From: Gemmatimonadota bacterium
Lineage (GTDB): Bacteria > Gemmatimonadota > Gemmatimonadetes > Longimicrobiales > Gaopeijiaceae
DNA length: 10,510 nt
Assembly: GCA_039589315.1 (NCBI GenBank)
Contig: JBDHHQ010000139.1
Location: 1-10,510, forward strand
Direction of reading: 5' to 3'
Shown piece by piece: positions 1-7,100 of the stretch. How positions within the stretch are numbered: the first letter of the stretch is position 1; each line of letters opens with the position of its first letter. The notes under the pieces were generated by a model. The model saw nothing but the letters and a program-made list of their open reading frames with translations, was not told the DNA's origin and searched no databases. Both the position numbers and the translations under genes were made by a program.

Positions 1-88
1 AGATCAATAGGCGAGGCCAACTCAACGAGAGTGCCAGGGATCCGGTCAGCGATGCAACCCTGCGAGGGCTGCGACGAGGCGATCCCGC

Positions 89-400
89 CTACTCTTCCTC
101 GCGCTCCATCCGGGTGAACACGGCCTCGTACACGAAGCCGTCCTGCTTCTCGCTGATCGGCACCAGGAAGATGGGGAGACGGCCCAGTGACCCGTGCTCG
201 AGCTCGTAGACGTGCTGCTCGAGGAAACGCTCACGTGGCCCTTTGAACAGCAGCGAAAAGGCGCTGTCCGGCCGGTCTCCCTTCATCTTCTCCGCCTCGG
301 CGAGCTCCAGCTCGAGCTCTTCGCCCTCGCCGAGGTCCACGCGAAAGACCTGGCCGATCAGCTCCGCGAAGTGCCCGTGCGTCACCTCACCTAGATCCAC
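89..400 (-). CDS. DUF6916-like hypothetical protein (103 aa)
   Basis: Motifs F..LIGQVF, L.L.EAE, AFSLLFKGP...LEQ.VY.LEH..LG.LPIFLVPI and YEAVF match my recollection of DUF6916 proteins, which usually follow tail-collar/GNAT clusters. GTG start at 400 with GGAG 8 nt upstream; TAG stop at 89-91. Confidence 0.85.
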   Translation of the reverse strand: MDLGEVTHGHFAELIGQVFRVDLGEGEELELELAEAEKMKGDRPDSAFSLLFKGPRERFLEQHVYELEHGSLGRLPIFLVPISEKQDGFVYEAVFTRMEREEE

Positions 401-404
401 GGCT

Positions 405-444
405 CTCGCTCCGTTCCGGTGACGGCGGCGCCGGACCGAGCGAG
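405..444 (-). promoter_or_regulatory. Stem-loop overlapping the putative ribosome-binding site of the DUF6916-like gene
   Basis: Minus-strand RNA CUCGCUC-GG-UCCGGCG-(7-nt loop)-CACCGGA-ACG-GAGCGAG. The outer 7 bp are perfectly paired and overlap the GGAG at 409-412. Confidence 0.35.
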
Positions 445-509
445 GACACGTCCGTGACCGAGGGTCGCGTCCTGCCGCCTGTGTTGTCGTGCTCGCGTCG
501 TCAGCGCCT

Positions 510-1031
510 TCACACCCGTTTGCGTGTTGCGGCCTTCGTCGTCGTCTTCGTGTTTGCCGCGGCCTTGGTCGTAGACGCCGTCTTGCTCTTCACGGTCCGC
601 TTCTTCTTCACGACCGGAGGCGGCTCGTGTGAGGGCACGGCCACGAAGGTGGCTTCCGCGATCTCTCCCCAGAACTCGTAGCGGATCGTGTACGTCTTGC
701 CCGGCTTCAGGCGCTGCGTGCTCAAGGTGAGGGTCTGCGGGACGTTGAGTGAGCGCCCGGCCCCGACCGCCTGCGAGACGTAGGGGTGGGGATCGTCCTT
801 GCCCGGCTTCTCGGGCTTGATCGGAGGCGGACGCATGACCTCGCGGTGGTTCTCGCCCAGCACATGCCAGTTGTGGACGTCGTCGGGGTGGCTCGCACCC
901 ACGACCCAATCGTGCTCCGCCGCGTTGTGGAGCCGGCATAGCACGTCGACCTGCACGGTCTCTTCCGCCGGTATGTGCACCACGGCCGGTGCGTCCAACC
1001 GGGCCTCGATCATCTTGCCGCTCGCCATCAT
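510..1031 (-). CDS. Hypothetical protein (173 aa), predicted beta-rich domain plus basic Lys/Thr/Ala-rich C-terminal tail
   Basis: Start reassigned from 1097 to the ATG at 1031, which overlaps the GNAT stop codon (ATGA, 1028-1031) and has GGAAGG upstream. Codons are GC3-rich. The tail reads VVKKKRTVKSKTASTTKAAANTKTTTKAATRKRV. Confidence 0.75.
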   Translation of the reverse strand: MMASGKMIEARLDAPAVVHIPAEETVQVDVLCRLHNAAEHDWVVGASHPDDVHNWHVLGENHREVMRPPPIKPEKPGKDDPHPYVSQAVGAGRSLNVPQTLTLSTQRLKPGKTYTIRYEFWGEIAEATFVAVPSHEPPPVVKKKRTVKSKTASTTKAAANTKTTTKAATRKRV

Positions 1032-1558
1032 GAGCCCGCCTTCCCTGGTTGTTGTTCGCGTATCGTGGAGGATTCCGGTACTCGGTCCGGAATCCACTCC
1101 ATCAGTACGTACGTCTCGAAGTCCTCGACGACCCGAAAGCCCAGTCGTTGGTAGAAACGGAGCGCCCCGGTGTTCTGTTTGTAGACCGAGTGCCGGAGCG
1201 GCCTATCGGCGGCAGATGCCTCGGCCTGCAGGCGGCGGAGCAAGGTGGTGCCCGTTCCGCTGTTGCGCCGCTCCGGAAGCAGAGCGATGTCGATCAGCCT
1301 CATCTCGTCCTCGCCACGATCGATCCACACCCGTCCCACCTCGACCTCGTCGACCAAGACGATCGAGTGCTCGCTCCGGGGGAAGCGGGCCCGGTAGTCG
1401 GTCTTCTGGGCCGTGAACTGCATGTCGAGGAAGGCCGCCTTCTCTTCCGGCGTCCACGGCACCATGGCCAGCTCGTCCGCGCGAGTGCTCGCGTAGACCC
1501 GCCGGAGGAAGGTCTCGTCGGCTGGCTGCGCCGGGCGAAGCGAGAGCTCGGATCCCAT
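1028..1558 (-). CDS. GNAT-family N-acetyltransferase (176 aa)
   Basis: Acetyl-CoA-binding motif A (IDIALLPERRNSGTGTTLL) and motif B (N.GALRFYQRLGF). The N-terminus LRPA..ADETFL..VYASTR.DEL...FL.MQF.AQ is typical of GNATs next to tail-collar genes. Start reassigned from 1798 to the ATG at 1558, 5 nt after the upstream stop. Confidence 0.93.
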   Translation of the reverse strand: MGSELSLRPAQPADETFLRRVYASTRADELAMVPWTPEEKAAFLDMQFTAQKTDYRARFPRSEHSIVLVDEVEVGRVWIDRGEDEMRLIDIALLPERRNSGTGTTLLRRLQAEASAADRPLRHSVYKQNTGALRFYQRLGFRVVEDFETYVLMEWIPDRVPESSTIREQQPGKAGS

Positions 1559-1563
1559 TCGCC

Positions 1564-2208
1564 CTACCCTGCTGTGGTGGTGCACAGTCCCGGCGCAGAG
1601 CCGTTCGTCGATCCGAGCTCCACCGGCCCTGATGATTCCGCCTCCTGGTGTTCCCGCGGCCAGCAGCCCTGCCAGTCGCAATAGGCATCGAAACGTCGTT
1701 CGAGCCGTTCCATCTCCGGCACGGCGCGCTCGTCCGCCGGATTGGACCAGATGTCGTGCCATCCCACCGTGTAGTGGGCCCCGGGAGGTGGGTCCCAACG
1801 GAAGGCGTCGCCCTCGACGATCTCCAGCCGTGGGCCGAAGCGCTCGATCAGGTGGGGCCCCACCAAGCGAATGACGTCGGGTGACAGCTCGACCACGGTG
1901 ACATGCTCGACGGCCCCGTCAGGGTCGCCCAGCATGGACTCCACCACCAGACCGAGCCCCAGGCCCGTGACCATCACCCGTCCTCCCCGCCGACACGCTT
2001 CCAGGATTCCCTTCCGCTGCGTCCACCACTCATAGTACAGGTCCGTCATGAAGACCTCATGAGCGTGTCTCAGACGCGTGTAGCGCCCCGGCCGTGACTT
2101 GAACGGGTCCGGGGGGGTGTCCGAGCGGCCCGGCTCGCCGACCACGAACCTCTCCACGATCCAGTCGCCGGATTCGCCGACGGGAACGCGGGATTTGATG
2201 TAGGGCAC
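1564..2208 (-). CDS. Class I SAM-dependent methyltransferase-fold / spermidine-synthase-like protein (214 aa)
   Basis: Glycine-rich motif I (RVMVTGLGLG), acidic end of beta-2 (VTVVE), EIVEGDAF and WHDIW. It fills the gap between the tail-collar and GNAT genes with 7-nt and 5-nt spacers. The GTG start is slightly uncertain because GGGAG abuts it directly. Confidence 0.8.
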   Translation of the reverse strand: MPYIKSRVPVGESGDWIVERFVVGEPGRSDTPPDPFKSRPGRYTRLRHAHEVFMTDLYYEWWTQRKGILEACRRGGRVMVTGLGLGLVVESMLGDPDGAVEHVTVVELSPDVIRLVGPHLIERFGPRLEIVEGDAFRWDPPPGAHYTVGWHDIWSNPADERAVPEMERLERRFDAYCDWQGCWPREHQEAESSGPVELGSTNGSAPGLCTTTAG

Positions 2209-2215
2209 CTCCCGA

Positions 2216-2740
2216 TTAGCTCCGGCTCGGGTATAGACCGACCAGCGCGATGATGTAGTTCAGGGTCAGAAACGGCTGCATGTTGTTGTGAGCCTGACTG
2301 GCGCCGGCGTTCCCCAGCTTTTCGAGGGTCCCCGTTGGCGTCGAGGTACTAGACGCGTAGAAGTTGACGCCCCTGCCTCCTCCCGTGGCGACCGCATTCC
2401 CGACCGGGGTGCGTTGGTTCCCAGGATTCGTGGATCCCTGGGCAGCGTGGGTATGGGACGCCATCTGTGCCTCCGAGAGGGTCACCGTCTCGGTGCCGCC
2501 CGTCTGCCCCAGCCGGCGGCTGGTCAGGCCCGGGCCCCGCCCCGGGTGCATGACCGCCCGTCCCTGCAGGTTCGGCAGCGCTGTCGTCGTGCGGCCGTCG
2601 CCGCCGTAGGTGGTGCCGATCAGGGAGAACAACGCCGTGTTCTGTGAGATGGGCAGGAGCTGACCGTTGCAGAAGGCCCAGCCGCGAGGCGCGAAGTTGC
2701 CTGCGAAGATCTTGACCTCGGCAATGAATGGTTCTGACAT
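2216..2740 (-). CDS. Phage tail-collar domain protein, MdpB/microcystin-dependent family, paralogue 3 (174 aa)
   Basis: Collar motif FIAEVKIFAGNFAPRGWAFCNGQLLPISQNTALFSLIGTTYGGDGRTT.ALPNLQGR, HTH (HxH) at 2447-2455, HNNMQP, C-terminal GLYPSRS. AGGAG ribosome-binding site upstream. Confidence 0.95.
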   Translation of the reverse strand: MSEPFIAEVKIFAGNFAPRGWAFCNGQLLPISQNTALFSLIGTTYGGDGRTTTALPNLQGRAVMHPGRGPGLTSRRLGQTGGTETVTLSEAQMASHTHAAQGSTNPGNQRTPVGNAVATGGGRGVNFYASSTSTPTGTLEKLGNAGASQAHNNMQPFLTLNYIIALVGLYPSRS

Positions 2741-2750
2741 GGCCCGTCTC

Positions 2751-3269
2751 CTACTGGCGCGAGGGGTAGATGCCGAACAGCGCGATGATGTAGTTGATGC
2801 ACTGGAATGGCATCAGATTGTCGTGGGACTGCGAGCCCCCCGTGTTCGCGACCATGTTGCTCGCCATCGGTGTGAAGCTCGGGCTGTCGTCGCAGTAGTC
2901 GGTGTTGAGAGCCTGGGCCAGACCGTTGCCTGTCGGGCTCCGATTCGCGGCGTTGGCGTTGGCCACATCCCAGGCATGGGTGTGCGACGGAAGCGTCGTC
3001 GGCGTGAGCGTGACCTTTTCCGCGCCTCCTTTCGAGCCCAGGTTACGCGGGCTCAACCCGGGGCCCTGGCCCTGGTGGATCGGGATGCGGCCCCGCACGT
3101 CGGGAAGCCCGAATGTGGTCCTTCCGTCTCCCCCGTAAATGGTCCCCAGCAACGAGAAGAGGGCGTCGTTCTGCGATACCGCGAGCAGTTGGCCGTCACA
3201 GAGCGCCCATCCCCGCGGAGCGAAGTTTCCGGCGAACATCCTGATCTCACCTACAAAGGGCTCAGACAT
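2751..3269 (-). CDS. Phage tail-collar domain protein, MdpB family, paralogue 2 (172 aa)
   Basis: Start reassigned from 3827 to the ATG at 3269 (MSEPFVGEIRMFAGNFAPRGWALCDGQ), preceded by GGAGG at 3277-3281 overlapping the previous stop. HTH at 2976-2984, HDNLMP, C-terminal GIYPSRQ. Confidence 0.95.
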   Translation of the reverse strand: MSEPFVGEIRMFAGNFAPRGWALCDGQLLAVSQNDALFSLLGTIYGGDGRTTFGLPDVRGRIPIHQGQGPGLSPRNLGSKGGAEKVTLTPTTLPSHTHAWDVANANAANRSPTGNGLAQALNTDYCDDSPSFTPMASNMVANTGGSQSHDNLMPFQCINYIIALFGIYPSRQ

Positions 3270-3280
3270 TTCGACGCCTC

Positions 3281-3811
3281 CTAGTTCCGCGAGGGGAAGA
3301 GCCCCTGCAGCGCGATGCAGTAGGTGAGCGTGATGTACGGCTGCATGTTCTCGTGACCTTGCCCGCCGCCCTGGTTGCCTATTGCACCGCTGTTGGCTTG
3401 TTGATTCAGTGCTGACGGGCCGGAGCTGTAGATCTCGGCCACGCCCGTGGACGTCTGGGCCAGCAGGTTGTTGCCCGGACCCGGCGCGTTCGCCGTCGCG
3501 CTGGTGCCGATCATGCCGTGGGTGTGCGTAGGCAGCTCCGCCACAGTGAGCGCTTGGTTCTCCTGGCCGCCCTTCGAGCCGAGCGTGTGATTGCTGCCAC
3601 CCGGAGAGGCGCCTACGTGGATGGGGGTGCGGCCCCGCAGGTCGGGCAGCGCGAAGCTCGTCCGCCCATCTCCGCCGTAGGTGGTGCCCAACAGGGAATA
3701 GAGCGACTGGTTCTGGTTGATGGGCAGGATCTGCCCGTTGCAGAACGCCCAGCCCCGCGGCGCGAAATTGAAGCCGAAGATTCTCACCTCGGCCAGGAAG
3801 GGCTCCGACAT
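3281..3811 (-). CDS. Phage tail-collar domain protein, MdpB family, paralogue 1 (176 aa)
   Basis: MSEPFLAEVRIFGFNFAPRGWAFCNGQILPINQNQSLYSLLGTTYGGDGRTSFALPDLRGR, HTH at 3518-3526, HENMQP, C-terminal GLFPSRN. Strong AGGAGG ribosome-binding site upstream. Confidence 0.95.
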   Translation of the reverse strand: MSEPFLAEVRIFGFNFAPRGWAFCNGQILPINQNQSLYSLLGTTYGGDGRTSFALPDLRGRTPIHVGASPGGSNHTLGSKGGQENQALTVAELPTHTHGMIGTSATANAPGPGNNLLAQTSTGVAEIYSSGPSALNQQANSGAIGNQGGGQGHENMQPYITLTYCIALQGLFPSRN

Positions 3812-4012
3812 CCGGTCCTCCTCTCACTGCCGTAAGAGTTGATGGTGAGGGCCCGGGGGGGGTGGCCCGTGGTGTGGTTCCTGGATGCTGCCGCCCGCCT
3901 GGAGGCAGGGGCCGCTGTGCGAGACGATGAGACGTCTCACCGCGTCTTCGTGGTCACCTCCTCTGTAGCGGCGCTCTCTTGCTGGCTCCTTTGGTGGGTC
4001 CCGGCCCTTGGG

Positions 4013-4058
4013 GGTTGGATGGGCTGGCAGCGGCTTTCCGCCCCCGGCCCACCCAACC
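4013..4058 (-). terminator. Long stem-loop downstream of the giant lipoprotein gene (terminator-like or mRNA-stabilising)
   Basis: GGUUGGGUGGGC pairs with GCCCAUCCAACC (12 bp, one G-U), with an inner stem closing an AAAG loop. It starts 50 nt after the stop codon. There is no U-tract, so it is not a canonical intrinsic terminator. Confidence 0.5.
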
Positions 4059-4108
4059 TCTCTTCGGCCTCATCCTCGGAGTTCGAACCTGAATCCCATT
4101 CGCGATCC

Positions 4109-7100
4109 CTACGGAATCGTGATGCTCGGCAACGCCGGTGCGGTGGTCGTGCACGTGATGGTGCCCGACACGGAAACCGTGGGTGGGCTCGTACCGTCTG
4201 CGCCCCCGCCGCCCGTGTTGCCATTGGTGTTCAGAATGAATTGCGGGGTCGGTGGACCCGCGCAGCTTCCGGTGGTAAAGAGATTGAAGGTCCCCGCTTG
4301 CTGGATCAGGTCGTAGCCGTTCGGCGCCGCGTTGTTGGTCAGGCTCAGGTTGAGCACGTTGCCGGCCTGATTCTGGGTCTGCGCCCGGAACGACTGCGGT
4401 ATTGGCGTGCCATTGCCCGTGTCGTTCAGCGGCATGATCTCATCCCTCCAGGTGAGATCCAGCACACCGCCGTTGCGCACGGTCACGAAGTTGCCCTGGA
4501 ACGGCGACGGGAACGGGCCGCCAAGGGCGTCCGAACCGCTCCCGACCGTGCCGTCGTTGTAGATGTTGTCCTCGACGAGGACCTCCGTGCCCGCGCTACT
4601 CCCGTCTGCTCGCATATGGAGTGCCGCGTCCCACGGCAGCGTGAAGGTGTTGTCGTGCACGTGTACCTGGGAAACGCCGCCGTCGAATCCCATCGTAAGC
4701 TGACCGAAGCCTCCCGCCGCGTGCATCACCTGATCGAACGTATTGTGAGACACGATCGCGTCGAAGGTGCCGCCGTCCGGAACGAGCGCTACCCCACCCT
4801 GCGGGAAGTTGAAGTTGAAGTCCCCAGGGGTCCCTTGCGATGCCAGGTGATCGTTCACGATGAATTGGTTACGTGAGATCACCACGTCGATGTCGCCCGT
4901 GTGGCCGGTCTGACCCAAGACCGCGATCGACGCGGTCGCGTTGTTCGTGAACACGTTTCCGAGGGCTCCGCTCGCCTGCGCCGGATCACCGATCCGTACG
5001 ACGCCGTCATGGCTTCCCGACACCACCACGCTGATGCCTCGGATGCCCACGTTGACCGTCGGCCCCGGCAGCTCCTTGTAGATCTGGTTGAACACGCTCT
5101 GCTGGACCGTCATGTCCATCGTTCCGGCCCCGGTTAGCGTCTCCACGTCGAAGCCGCGGGCGCCATTCTGAATCGTGCTGGCGATGATCCTCACCGTCCC
5201 GGTGAGGCCCCGGATCCTTACGATTCCCTCGTCCTGGTCGTCGCCGCGGCTCGCGACGTCGAACCGGTTGGTCAGTTCGAGCACGCTGTTCAGGATTTGT
5301 ATGCCGTCCCAGCTGGTGGCACTCACGCCGTCCGAGAACAGCGACCCGTTGATGGCGTTGTCGCTGATCCGGCGGATCCTGACCCCGTCCAGCGTCAAGC
5401 CACCGTTCACGTTCTCGCCGTGAATGCCATCGGCGCCGCTGCGGAAAACCGTCGACGTGTTAGACCCGTCGTTCGGATGGCTGATGTCCTGGATGTCCAT
5501 GTCCTCGAGATGGACCAGCCCTCCTGTGCTGTTCAGTCGGATGCCGTCCGTAGACGACTTGTTCGCGATCGTGCCGCCGGAGCCGGAGGCACCCGTGCCC
5601 GTGACATGGAAGGTGCCTGAGACGGTGCTCAGATTGATGCCGGTAGTAGACCCACCGCTGGAGCTCACGCTCTGGAGCGTGACCCCCAGAGTCAGCGTCG
5701 GTGCGCCCGTGATGCTCACGGCGTTGGAGGCGCCGCTGTTGATCGTGCCCGTGGTGATGTCGAACGAGCCGGTGGTGCCGTTGATGTCGATGCCCTGAGC
5801 GTTCGAGCTGCTCAGCTCATCGAAGGCCACCGCAAGGAAGCCTCCGTTGTTGGCCTCGAAGCCCCGGCCGGTGCCGGTGATCGACACGTCGTCGATCGTC
5901 AGCGTACCGACGGTACTGCCGGCGTCCGCGATTCCGGTCCCGCTCGTATTGCCGATATCGAGACCCCTGACGGTGTTGCCGGTGGCCAGATCGATGCCGT
6001 TGCCGGCGCTGGCCGTGATCGTCGGTGCGGTGCCCGTGCCACCCGCGAACGTCTGGTAGGCCGCAACGCTGTTGGCAGCGGGCGTGAAGATCCCGGCCGT
6101 TGCCGGACCGAACGCAACGCCTGCCCCGATCAGCACCTGGTCCGGGCGCAGGTTGATTCCATCGGCCTCGTTGTAGGCGCCGCTCGCCAGCGAGATGAGG
6201 TCGCCGTTCTTCGGATCGGGGACGGCGCCAGTGAGGTTGTTCGCGGAGTTGAACGCAGCGATCGACTGGAACGGGTTGCTGAACGTCCCCGTGTTGGCGC
6301 CTGTCCCACTGCCATCGATGAACCAGACCATGTCGGTGATCGAGATGAACACGGTAGCGGCGTCGGTCTTGGTCGTTCCCGCGTTGCTGAGCGTATAGGT
6401 GAAATTGTCCGTCCCCTCGAAACCGGGGGGCGGTTCGTACGTGAAGCTTCCGTTCGCCAGCAGGACGACCGATCCACCGTTGGTGGTAGCGGTCGAAACC
6501 CCGACGTTCGCCGACGACCCCTGGACTCCACTCACGACGCTCCCGGCGGGCGCGATGTCGTTGTTCTCAACGACATCGGTCGGACCGTCCGGGATGGCGA
6601 TGGCGATGTTGCCGCTCGCATTGTAACTGTCGTCGATCGCGTCGACCCTGAGCGAGTTGGTGAACGTACAGGTGGTGGTCTTCCCTGCCTCGAGAGCGAC
6701 CCCGGTCACCCCAGTGGCGTTCGGGGTCCCCGTGCCGCCGCCGCCCTGAAGCGTGCAGCCCACCAAGTCTAAGTCGAACGCCGGATTGAGCGTCTCGGTC
6801 AGGTCGTACGTGACCGCGGCGTCCAGACTGTTGAACGTGGTCTGATCCGTCGAGCTCGGGGCACCCACCGTGGTGAGCGCGAACGCTCCCACCGCACCCG
6901 TGCCGGTGAAGTTGAATGTCGCGTCCGCGTCAGAGTTCTTGATCACCGTGAGCGAACCCGGCTGGATCTGGTTCGTGAACGTACAGGTGGTGGTCTTGCC
7001 TGGCTCGACACCGACGCCGGTCACCGTGCTCGCGCCCGGCGTGCCGGTCGCGCCACCGCCCTGGAGCGTGCAGGCCACCGACACGAAATCGAAGTCCACA

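Noticed and set aside
510..1030. Selenocysteine read-through at the TGA stops (510-512, 1028-1030), given the nearby selC
   Set aside because: Both TGAs fall at natural protein ends, one in an ATGA coupling overlap. There is no redox-motif context and no convincing SECIS hairpin.
1559..1798. 80-aa N-terminal extension of the GNAT ORF
   Set aside because: It overlaps the methyltransferase gene out of frame, and GNAT similarity starts at the ATG at 1558.
2216..3811. Prophage, tailocin or contractile injection system
   Set aside because: There are no sheath, tube, baseplate, capsid, terminase, lysis or integrase genes in the window; only collar-domain genes are present.
3270..3827. N-terminal extension of the 358-aa ORF 2751..3827, suggesting a fusion protein
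   Set aside because: It overlaps collar paralogue 1 in another frame and is Arg/Pro/Gly-rich noise. The ATG at 3269 has a GGAGG site and matches the paralogue N-termini.
3960..4108. Cyclic di-GMP riboswitch upstream of the collar genes
   Set aside because: A GGAAAG-containing hairpin is present, but I could not find the GEMM consensus elements or the two-stem tetraloop/receptor architecture.
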